Positions 1-10,829 of a DNA stretch of 64,000 nucleotides are shown piece by piece. The first letter of the stretch is position 1; each line of letters opens with the position of its first letter. Under the pieces are notes generated by a model. It was given only the letters and a program-made list of their open reading frames with translations, did not search any database and was not told the origin of the DNA. Made by a program: the position numbers and the translations under genes. The stretch covers positions 11,658,001-11,722,000 of the forward strand of contig NW_024704742.1 in NCBI RefSeq assembly GCF_018977255.1. Direction: 5' to 3'. The stretch is from Callorhinchus milii. Its lineage: Eukaryota.

Positions 1-123
1 TGGCTGCTGCGTTTCGCCCCAAAAATATACAGTTAATTCACTTTACAGTATATTCTGTGAAGCGCTTTGAAACGTCTCGAAGGCATGATAAGGTGTTATA
101 TTAGTGCAAGGATTATTATTATT
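1..123 (+). mobile_element. 3' half of the tRNA-SINE; other 3' halves near 12237-12410(-), 18840-18985(-), 29390-29545, 55165-55340, 57451-57605(-), 59845-60030 and 63020-63150
   Basis: tggctgctgcgtttcgccc...gtgaagcgctttga...caaggattattatt. Confidence 0.85.
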
Positions 124-1140
124 ACCATTGAATAGAGAGATTAAAAGTATGTACTTGGCATTCTTTATGTGGGTGGTTTTCTTCTCAGATAAGAGCACCT
201 CAAGCTGAAGAGGTCTGCAGTTATTGAGCGCTTTCACCTTCCATTAATAATGGAATCATTTTCACAATGAGTTCAAAATGCATCACGTCAACTGCACCTG
301 GGCATGTCACAGGTGGACCCCCAAATGTAGTCCTCAATGGCAGTGTTAGTGAATTTTTCTGCTTCACTGGAAGCCCTGCCACTAAAGGTTGATCTTTCCC
401 AATGAGGACCAGTATGTTGAGATAGGGACTGAAGCTCCAGCAGAGCAGATCATAATGAGAAAAGCCATCCCATTCTTTCTAGAAGACAATGAACAATCTA
501 CATCATCATGGAGTCTCCCAAATACATTTAGTCTCTTTGTGGAGCCAAATAACCACTTGTAATACTTTCAACGGCAGAGAACCTGAAATTGAAAGTTTTT
601 CTGACTTCCTTCTCAAAAGTAAATGAGTGAAAATTCTTGGATAAAGCTTAAACTACGATGCTTCACAAGTTTTGACGACAGTCTTAGATATGGTAAGACC
701 CTTTGACCTGCTGTCAAGGTGAGGCAAGAGTTCGCAATACAATCATTTTGACTTCTTAGTCCCCTCATTTTGTTGGTGCAAGTCTTATGGTCCAGCTGTT
801 GTGAAGCACTGTTTTCATTGTTTGAAACTGATGAGATTTTATTGCTTATGCAAGACTTAGGGAAATCCCATCGGGCTTGTTTGTGCTTCGAATGTTCAGA
901 AAAGAGGAATTTAGCAGCAGCCTAATTTATGAGGGGGCATTCTCTTGTGTCCTCTTGTTACTGAGCCACTGAGATTTGTTTTCAACAGGTTTTTACATGG
1001 CTCTTGTTTAGCAGGTTTCATCAGTGGTGGGCTGGTGATGCTGCGCTCCAGGACACTACCCCGTGTGAAGGGCGCTATATAAATGCAACTTGTTGTTGTT
1101 GTTCACAACTCATTTGTGTTTATGTGTTGTTCTTTTCCAG

Positions 1141-1237
1141 AGCCGAATTCGAAGGATGTGGAATGACACAGTTCGAAAGCAATCTGAGTCATCCTTTATC
1201 ACTGGCGATATCAACAGCTCAGCATCACTTAACAGAG
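1141..1237 (+). CDS. ADGRL3: ADGRL3 (latrophilin-3) internal coding exon, start of the cytoplasmic tail
   Basis: Acceptor ttttccag| at 1140 and donor AG|gttagt at 1238. Translates [32 protein letters not shown] plus one G, the latrophilin-3 post-7TM motif. Ends in phase 1, matching the downstream exons. Confidence 0.96.
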
Positions 1238-1785
1238 GTTAGTCAAAACAAGGAAAGGTATTATCCACTGCCTGTGCATCAATCAGTGATACCTTTTGGT
1301 AGAGATCTCATGATTTGTATTCCACTTCAACATGTTTTCCAGAGTAGAAAAGAATACAGTCTGAACTCAAAGACTCGTACAGTAATAAAGGAAACCTTTC
1401 AACTTCCATTGTTCTTACAATGAAGTTTGACACAGTATCATTGTGGATTTAACATGATGAAAAGAGTTTATTTTCTGAGCTGTAAAGGAATCTAGTACTA
1501 AAAGGATTAGTTTAGGAGTAAAAATGCAATTGCTAAATAGCTATTTATCAAAAATGAATTATGCTAATCCTGAATAAATACACATTTGCATTTTCAGTTT
1601 AATTTTATTTGGGTCTTGAATCTTGACTGGCTTGGTTCATCTGGGCTTTTTTAACCCCTAAGTGATCACATATAATCTTGCTTCACGATCCATTATTGCC
1701 TGAATCCATTGTTACTCAGCTAGTTGCTATTTTTATATAAAAGTGGTTATTGTGATAAGGAAAATTCTTAAGGTATATCACCTTA

Positions 1786-3219
1786 GGTATGCTTTTAAAA
1801 TCAGTGTGTCTAAACAGCCTTACGATGTGCTTTAAGACAGTATTGTTTCCTGCTTGTGTTACACAAGGAAGATTGTTCAGCCTCAACATACAAGTGACTA
1901 TAGATCATTACTTAAATGAGCACTAAACTCTATGGAGAGATTCAATAACATCAACAACAACTTGCATTTATATAGTGCCATTCACACAGAGTAGCATCTC
2001 AGAACGCTTTCCCACTGACTTTTGTCACACAGGAGCTACGTTGGCATCCAAAAGACAATGGTTCACAACAAAATTCACCGATAGAAGTTCCGAATTGCTA
2101 AGCGGGAATCCTGCCTGTAACCAGTAGTACATCACAGCTGATGTGCAGTATCCCTACTCCTAAACACCAGGAGCAGATTGTGGGTATCATACGGGTCAGC
2201 AAATCACACTGACAGTCCCCGCTATGATTCCATGTGAGCAAATCCAAGTTGCTATTTGTGAAACGCTTTCCTTCTCAGAAACACTGCTTTTTCAAGCCTG
2301 TCCCAATTTTCTCCTCTTCCCCTTTCCCGCACACACTTGTTCAATCATAGAATCATAGAATTATACAGCACAGAAGGGAGCCGTTCAGCCCATCGTGTCT
2401 ACGCCGGCTCTTTGAAAAGAGCTATCCAATTCAAGTTCCCCTGCTCTCTCCCAAGAGCCCTGCAAACTTGTTGTATAAAGGCTCTTGTTCTTGGATTTTT
2501 TTAAATGTATTCATTGGCATCAGTTCTTTTGTTGCTGTTTAATTCCTGCAGGGTTAGTTGTGTTATTTTCGTAGTTCTACACTTCACAGGTAGTGCTTTC
2601 AGTCCTTTTTCGGTTGATTGACCTTTTTTTCCAAGTCTTTGGTGTCAATTTCTGGTTTCAAACAAATATTTTCACATTGTGGTTGATAGTTGGGAGCCTT
2701 GTTGATGATCATGGCATTGGTCAATTCATCAGTACCTTTCTCCGAGACTGAATCTGCTTATTGCACACGCTGTGCTTTTTGTCTGGCACCGTAGCAGTTT
2801 CAAAGGCACTCTAGATAAGGGAGCCTTGCTCTTTTGTTCATGCTTTGGAATAAGACCATTCAGCATAGAAATGCCTAAATAAAAATGTGCTGTCAAAGAG
2901 GCAGATCTTTAGGCAGAATTTGAAAGCAGAGAGCAGGAAGGGGTGAGGCAAAGGTATGCTTTTAAAATCGGTGTGTCTATACAGCCTTAAGCTGTGCTTT
3001 AAATAGTATTATTTTCTGCTTGTGTTACACAAGAAAGATTGTTCAACCTCAACATATAAGTGACTACTGTAGATTGTTACTTAAATGAGCAATAAACCTT
3101 ATAGAGATATTCAACAACTACAATAACTTGAATTTATATAATGCCCTTAATGTGGAGTAGCGTCCCATAGCGCTTTCCCACTGACTTTTGTCACACAGGA
3201 TCTATATTGGCATCCAAAA
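1786..3219 (+). repeat. Local direct duplication (~270 bp at 1786-2053 and 2953-3219)
   Basis: ggtatgcttttaaaatc...tttcccactgacttttgtcacacagga...ggcatccaaaa is present twice, diverged. Confidence 0.9.
2344..2468 (-). mobile_element. CR1 3'-end fragment; similar short fragments near 6115-6330, 18210-18325, 25826-26060, 48255-48485 and 54043-54330
   Basis: tcatagaatcatagaa...cagcacagaagg...gcccatc...ctctttgaaagagc CR1 3' UTR signature. Confidence 0.8.
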
Positions 3220-3235
3220 TGTGCTGTCAAAGAGG

Positions 3236-4486
3236 TAATAATAATAATCCTTGCATTTGATATAGCGCTTTTCACGTCTTCTAGGCATCTCAAAGTGCTT
3301 CAGAGAATATACTTTAAAGTGAATTGACTGTATATTTTGTGGGCGAAACGTGGTAACCAATTGCGCACAGCAATGTCCCACAAACCGTCGTGGATTGAGT
3401 GACCAATTTATTATTTTTTTGCCCAAGGTTTCACCCTGCCGGGCCTATAATGATTGAGAAATCATTTTCCTGCATGAAGGTGGCTATTCAGACGTTCCTT
3501 TTGTTAAACAAAAGCAAAAGCTTTTGTATTAAAGGTATAACCTTAATTGACAAGTTATCATAAATTATAAACTTGAAGTCATCAGCTCCTTCCTGAGGAT
3601 GTGCTTTGCGCATCAGTGACAATTTCGTTTTCTCAAACGTGAAAAACTGAAAAGTAAAGATTAGTACCTGTATAATAGCAAATATATCTGCATAACACAA
3701 ATATTTAAACTTGTTTTTGTGCAATATACAGCAAATAATTTAGTTACTTTACTTATACCCACACTTAATTAGAAATGCAAAACGTTTCCGGTAACTTTAC
3801 ATGCCTGACTTCAAGCTGTATTTCAACAAAAACACTCATGTTAGTAATTATTACTCACGGTCGGTCAAATTCCATACTGGCTATATTTCATCAAGAAATA
3901 TTACAGATAGGACATCATAAAAAATAATGCAAAAGTGTGTGGTTAGCTTGCTTTTGGGGAGACATATGATGAATACATACCCTCGAAAAATAAGCTGCAA
4001 TTCACTTTGACCACGCTTTATATGTAAACTTTCTGAAAATAAAATTACAATCCAAGTGTTGGTAGAAGTGGAGAACAAAACTAAAAGTTAGAAATGTAGA
4101 ACAAAAACAAAGGGCTATTTGCAAGACATGATAAAGTATGAAAACACTACTGTTCAAAAGGGTAGTTTCTGTATATTGCACAAAAACAAGTTTAAATATT
4201 TGTGTTATGCAGATATATTTGCTATTATACAGGTACTAATCTTTACTTTTCGGTTTTTCACGTTTGAGAAAATGAAATTGTCACTGGTGCACAAAGCACA
4301 TCCTCAGGAAGGAGCTGATGACTTCAAGTTTATAATTTATGATAACTTGTCAATTAAGGTTATGCCTAGCTTTACGTTTACCAATTATCCTCATCGTCTT
4401 GTGATATGCATTTTTTTTTCTTGAGGGATTATTATCAGGTGTGTGGAGCAAGGAAACTTGCCCAAGGTTTCACCCTGCCGGGCCTA
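3236..4486 (-). mobile_element. Short-form SINE (3236-3420 and 4412-4486) interrupted by a ~1-kb insert containing a foldback
   Basis: The SINE halves join at the T-rich linker; GTAA lies at both outer ends (3235-3238 and 4490-4493). Confidence 0.75.
3533..4367. repeat. Inverted repeat: 199-bp arms (3533-3731 and 4169-4367), 437-bp spacer
   Basis: The arms are reverse complements with about 5 mismatches, all transitions. The ORF track shows the mirrored peptide HKNKFKYLCYADIF on both strands. Confidence 0.95.
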
Positions 4487-7476
4487 AAAGTAAATCTTTA
4501 GGCTGAATTTTGAAAGCAGAGAGAAGGAAGGGGGGAGGCAAAGAGATTTCAGGAGGGAATTTCAGAGGGAGCGGTCAAAGTGCCTTGGAGGCTCCCCTGA
4601 CGATGGTGAGGCGGAACAAGCAATAACAACAACTTGCATTTATCTAGCGCCCTTCAAGCAGGGTAGTGTACCAGAGCGCTTTCTGCCTGGAGGCAGGGGG
4701 TCATGAAGTGGCAATCTAAATCATGACTGAGCAATCCAAATCACGATTCTCTCCCCCAAGAAATTCAGATTGGAATCATCCAGGTATTCAGAAGCCATTT
4801 AGAAAATGAAACCTTTTTGCAGTAATAGCTGCCGAGGGCTTAAATCTTCTTTTGCTCAAAATGGCACTCATTTCAAGTCTTCTTTACTGGTGTCTTGAGG
4901 CTTTTCATTTCAAGAGCATTACACAACAGTACCTGCTCCCTCTTCTGCTCGCTGACCTCCTGAGCTTCACACTGCAGTGGTAGATCTTGGGTGCACTATT
5001 TGCAAGTTGGATAAGGATGATATCCAATATTTTTAGAATTTTATAGAATATAACAAACTAGCCTTTGTAGGTTAACCACACTGATGTGTGGTTAAACTTG
5101 TGTTTAGTAGTTCAAGGGCAACCTCTGTGTTGACCTTGCCTTTTTTTGTGGTTCCAACACATTCTCTCCACACATCCTGTGTTCTATGTTGAGACAGAGT
5201 CTGGAAAACAGAGGCTACATTTCTTTTTATCTTCTGGACTTCAGCAAAATAATCGACTTTCTGTTGAGGCAAATCAGCAAATACAGGGACTGGAAATCAG
5301 TAAGTGAAAGGTGGCACCTTCACCAGTGTGTCCCATGAAGAGGCAGTGTTTGTGTTTAGTACATTATTCGAATATTAAGAGGAGCAAATTAACCCTGAAA
5401 GAAGATAAAGCTTTCAATGCCTCTCGGAGACCGAAGGCTGAACAAGAAAAAGAATCAGTGGGTGATGTGGGACTTGACTCTTTTGCTTCCACCTCAGGAA
5501 GCTCGTCAATTAGCAGTTCACGGCCTCCAGCGATACAATGGTTTAGGTCAGTCTATTCTACCTGCGTTGTGGGCAATTGATTGATCGATGCACTGATCCC
5601 ACAACCACCAAGGGATGCAAACCCCCATTAGGGCTTCCTCCTGCAATTGGAGTTTAAATTTATCCCAGAAAACTGTGCTTTCATAATTTCCTGGCACTTG
5701 ATGCCTGATGTTTGCAGACGTTCTCTGTCTGGACCTAAAGATATCAGATGAAGCAGTCGATTCTTTTGATGCTAAAACCTTTGGTAAATGCATCATTTGC
5801 TAAATGCGTTGCTTACACAATGTATTTTGTAGGGGTTATTCTTTTTTGTGTGCTTCAGGGAGCAAAGACTTTAATGTGGTAAACAGCTGTTCTGCTCCTT
5901 TCATTACATTTTGTGAGTTTGTCCCTGTTTACTTAGAAGTGACTTAATGTGCTGAATGAAGCAGAATAGTGATTAGTGCACATCAATGCATTTGCTACAC
6001 AGAACATGTGATACCGAACAATCCCAATGTATTCCTAAGGTGGTTGTGGAGACCTACCAGTTAACTCACTGAAGGTGAAACGTTCCACCTGGGGTTTAGA
6101 TTTACTCTAATTTTCATAGAATTCTAGAATATTACAACACAGAAGGAGGCCATTTGGCCCATCGTGCCAGTGATGGGCTCTTTGAAAGAGCCCATACCCA
6201 ATCAGTCCCACTCCCCCACTCTTTCTCCATGCCCCTGCAAACCTTTCCTTTTCAAGAACCTATCTAATTCTCTTTTGAAAGTTGTTAATGAATCTGTTAC
6301 TATTTTCTTAGCATTTCAGAGCATCCAGATTTTGGCAAGCTTTTAAATGGTCCTAATCTTGAAGCTGGTATTCTGTGTGTTCTTTTAAGAACTCCAGAAA
6401 AAACGGCTTCAAAGTTGAGCTGGAATCTGTCAATTTACTAAATTCTGCATATTTTTAAATGGCAAGTAAATTAATTCATTCTAGACCCCTTGAAATTCCT
6501 TCTTTAGAGCCAGAGTTTGAAACCACTCTAAAGGATTTATCTTGCCACTATCTAAGTGGCAGCTTCATAGAGTAATTTACAAACTTTTACAAAAACTTTT
6601 TCATCTTGGTCTCACAACTGAAGTGAACAAGCATTTTGCAATAGCATTACTTATAAATGGACTGACTGTTAAGTTGCAGAGCTATACACCTGTTCTCTGA
6701 ACTATATTGTTTATATCCATGTAGAGATTGAGTAAATGAACAATTGTGCCCCGAATATTTGCTATTGCAATGTGCTCCCTTTTTGTTAAAATATAATTAG
6801 ACTCCCACATGTGAAGCTCCTTCCAATCCATTCTTTCCAAAATCCCATCTACTTAATACTTTTACTCAAATCTTCAGCTTGTTGTTGCATCAACTTTCTC
6901 AGTTGACTTCTCCTTCAAAAGGATTGAGATATACTTCCAGCACAAGGTCATTTTTACAATGGTTACATTGGAGATTCCAATGTGGCACCTTTACAGTAAC
7001 AAACATTTGAAGAGATAATTCAAAACAATACAAATCTACATTGATAAAGCGCCTTTCACATCGGGAGGACATCTCAAATCACTGGCTGAGCACCCGAGCT
7101 GGAGGTGGGAGCCAAGGGGAGGGAGGTGAGGGCACTGAAACTGTGGTCATAGAGAGAGGTCTTGAGATGGACATTAAAAGAAGGGAGGAACTAGTTGGAA
7201 GGAGTCAGACCTCAATTTATTCTCATTTTCTTGGCATTTCAGATGATTCAGAATTTAACTTCTGTCACCAGAAGCGTTACATGTTTCTGGCCATGTAGGA
7301 CCACTTAAAATTTAAGACAATGTAGATTTTTTTTTGAAAATCAATAAACTAAATTTGGAAACTGTTTTTTATTTCAATAACAACAACAACAACAACAACA
7401 AGATTCCATTTATAAAGCGGCTTTCACGTCAGGAGGACGTCCCAAGGCGCTGCACAGTTGGGTCATGACCCGAGCA

Positions 7477-7608
7477 GGGGGGAAATGGTCAGGGTGAGGG
7501 AAGGGAGGGAGCGAGGAGGGGGGAAATGGTCAGGGTGAGGGAAGGGAGGGAGCAAGGAGGGGGAAATGGTCAGGGTGAGGGGAGGGAAGGGAGGGAGCGA
7601 GGAGGGGG
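7477..7608. repeat. Three tandem copies of a 40-41 bp unit at the ORF end / 3' UTR of L2 copy A
   Basis: aaatggtcagggtgaggg recurs at 7483, 7524 and 7564; single-copy in L2 copies B and C. Confidence 0.9.
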
Positions 7609-10600
7609 AAGAGAGTCGAGAGGGGAGCTGAAGGCACGGTCAAAGAGAAAGGTTTTGAGACCGGCCTTGAAGGAGGAAAGGGAGGAAGCAAGGCGAAGGC
7701 ACTGGGGGATGGAGTTCCAGAGCTTGGGGGCTGAGAGGCTGAAGGCCCGACCACCGATGGTAGGGAGGTTGGGGCGGGGGACGTGGAGCAGACCAGAGCC
7801 AGAGGAACGGAGGGTACGGGCAGGTAGGTAGGGGGATAGTAGGTTGGAGAGGTAGGAGGGAGCAAGGCCGTGAATGGCCTTGTAGGTGAGGATGAGGATC
7901 TTGAAATCAATCCTCTGGGGGATGGGGAGCCAGTGGAGGCGAGCGAGGGTGGGAGTGATGTGGTCCCGAAGCCTGGTGCGGGACAGTACACGAGCTGCAG
8001 AGTTCTGAATGACCTGCAGCTTGTGGAGGGAGGTGGCGGGAAGGCCGGCGAGGAGAGAGTTCCCATAGTCCAGCCTTGAGGTGACAAAGGCGTGGACCAG
8101 GGTTTCAGCAGCGTGAGGGGTGAGGTAGTGCCGTAGTCTGGCGATGTTCCGGAGGTGATGGAAGGCGGTGCCAGTTGTGGTGCGGATGTGAGGGAGAAAG
8201 GACAGCTCAGGGTCGAACAAAACGCCGAGGTTCCTGACTGGCTTTGAGAGGTGGAGAGTGCAGCCTTGGATGCTGATGGTGTCAGCGCCTGAGGTGCGGA
8301 GGCGCTGACGTGAGCCAATCAGGAGGGCCTCGGTTTTTCGCACGTTGAGCTGAAGAAAGTTGTCTCTCGTCCAGGACTCGATGTCGGACAGGCAGCTGTC
8401 AGGACATCGGTGGTCGTGGAGTTGAGAGTAGAGGAGGAAAGGTAGAGTTGGGTGTCATCCGCATACATGTGGAAGTTAACTCCATGTCTGCGGATGATGT
8501 CACCGAGGGGGAGCATATAGAGGGTGAAGAGGAGGGGACCGAGGACAGAGCCCTGAGGGACACCACATGAGACAGTACGGGGGGTGGAGGAGAAGCCATT
8601 CGTTGAGACAAAGTGAAGACGGTGAGAAAGGTACGACCTAAACCATTCAAGGACAGTGCCTTGAAGGTTGAGGTGGGAGGACAAGCGGTGGAGTAGGATA
8701 GCGTGGTCGACCGTATCGAATGCTGCCGATAGGTCGAGGAGGACGAGGAGACAGAGGGAGCCCTGGTCACAGATGGTCAGGATATCATTGGTGACCTTGA
8801 CCAGGGCAGTTTCTGTGCTATGAGCAGCACGGAAACCTGACTGAAGGGGTTCAAAAAGAGAATGGGTGGAAAGGAAAGAGCGCAGTTGGGAGGCGACAAC
8901 TCTTTCCAAGACCTTGGAGAGAAAGGGGAGGTTGGAGATGGGCCGGTAGCTTGATAGCTGCGACGCATCAAGGGAGGGTTTTTTCAGGGTGGGCGTGATG
9001 ATGGCAGTTTTTAATGGAATGGGGACAGAGCCAGAGGAGAGGGACAGGTTGATGATGTCAGTGATATGTGGGGCAAGAAAGTGGAGCTGGGAGATAAGGA
9101 GTGGAGTGGGGATGGGGTCAAGGGAGCAGGTGGTTGGTTTTAGGGATAGGATGAGTTCAGTGACAGAGGGTGGGGAAACGGGTACGAAGGTGTGTAGGGG
9201 AGGATGGGTAGGAGTCGGAGTGTGGGAGGGAAGGGGTGGGTGGTGGGTGGAAGTTGGAGGGGAAGTGACCGCGGAGCGGATTCCCTTGATCTTGGATTCA
9301 AGGAAATCCAGCATCTCCTCGCAGTGAAGGTTGGAGGAGATGACCTGCGCGGGGTGGCGGGGGGGACGGAGGAGTCGGGTTGTGGTGGAAAACAGTAGCC
9401 TGGGGTTGTTCTTCGCCTCCAGGATTATCCTGGAGTAGAAGGACGACTTGGCCGAGGCTAGAGTGGAGCGGTAAATTTTGAGGAGGTCCAGCCAGATTTG
9501 TCGGTGGACCGTTAGGCCAGATTTGACACAGGTGCGTTCAGCAGCCCGCACCTGGCTTTTCAGTGAGCGGAGGTGGGTGGTGTACCAGGGGGAGGAGCGG
9601 GAGTAGGAGACAGTGCGGGAAGTGATGGGGGCAAGAGTATCGAGTGTGGAGGAGAGGGTATTGTGGAGGAGGGAGAGAGGAGAAGAGGGGTCGGTGAGGG
9701 TTGAAGGCCAGAGGGAGAGGAGTTCAGAGGACTCCAAGGCATCGGTTAGGGATTGTGGGGGTAACTTCTTCCAAGGGCGGTAGAAGATGGTGGTGGGTCT
9801 GGTGGAGGTGGGGAGGGGGGTGGAGGTGGTGAAGGAGATGAAGTGGTGGTCAGAGATGGCCTTGTCGGTAATAGTGACATCCGAGACACTGAGGCCCCGG
9901 GTGATCACCAAATCGAGTGGGTGGCCGTGACTGTGAGTGGGGGAGTTTATGTGTAGGGAGAGGTTGAGTGAGGAGAGCAGGGAAGAGAAGTCTGTGGAGA
10001 TGGAGCAGGAGGGGGTGAAGTGTAGGTTAAAGTCGCCCAGGATGATGAGGCGATCGGAGGAGAGGCAAAGAGATGTGAGGAGTGTTGAAATGTCAGAGAT
10101 GAAGGTGGGAGAGGTTTTAGGGGGCCGGTAGAGGAGGAGGATTTTAAGGGAGAGGAATGAGGGGTGGGAGAGGGTGAGGTGCTCAAAGGAGGGGAAAGAG
10201 CCAGTGGAGTAGGGGGATAGGGCAAGTGGTGTCCTTGAGATAAGGGCAACACCACCGCCACGGCGGTTGGGGCGGGGGATGTGGTGGGAGGTGTAGCCGG
10301 GTGGCGTGGCCTCCGTGAGGGGGAAGGTGTCGCCTGGGGTGAGCCACGTTTCTGTCAAGGCCATGATATCAACGTTCTCATCAAGGATGAGATCGTTGAT
10401 GACCAGGGCCTTGTTGCAGAGGGAGCGGACATTTTGCAGTCCGATGTGGAGGGAGCGGTTGACAGAAGGGTGTGTGGGAGGGGAGGGGGTCCAGGTTGTG
10501 AGGCAGGGGTGGGGGGATGGGGATGAGGGAGGAGAGGTTGACTCCCCGGGTCTGTGTCCGGGGTGGCTGGCGAGAGTGGTGGGGAATGGGGCAGTCGGTG

Positions 10601-10826
10601 TGGCTGCTGCTGGACAGCCAACGCCGAGTGCCACGGTGAGCCCGGCGGAGGATTCCCAGGCTGGAGCAGAGGGAGGTTGTGGGAGGGTCAAGTGGGGATA
10701 GAAGACGAGAGGGACGGAGAGAGAGGAGGAGAGAGCGGGAGAGATGCAGAGGGGGGAGGGTTTGGGGGGAGAGAGGAGGGGGAGGGAGGGAGGGGGTGAG
10801 GGGGCTCGGGTCAAAGCGGCAGCCAT
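7570..10826 (-). pseudogene. L2 ORF2 (endonuclease-reverse transcriptase) split by one frameshift near 8390-8400
   Basis: ORF 8319-10835 (EN and RT to YADD) and a second frame open 8454-7570 (SCLSDIESW...C-terminal domain). No premature stops within either segment. Confidence 0.9.
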
Positions 10827-10829
10827 AGT

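Noticed and set aside
826..880. CTGATGA...GAAA hammerhead-like core (also CTGATGA near 59830)
   Set aside because: No stem II closing pair and no stems I/III could be formed.
1004..1423. 139-aa ORF overlapping the first exon
   Set aside because: Different frame from the real ADGRL3 exon and includes an L2 tail; chance ORF.
2640..2780. Possible Penelope GIY-YIG remnant on the minus strand
   Set aside because: Similarity is limited to a few residues and cannot be supported without a search.
3488..4424. Two similar ORFs (HKNKFKYLCYADIF...) on opposite strands
   Set aside because: A by-product of the inverted repeat; no recognisable domain or splice context.
7526..10799. Many Pro/Ser- or Gly/Glu-rich ORFs overlapping the L2 copies
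   Set aside because: Alternative-frame and antisense shadows of a C-rich LINE ORF that is poor in stop codons.
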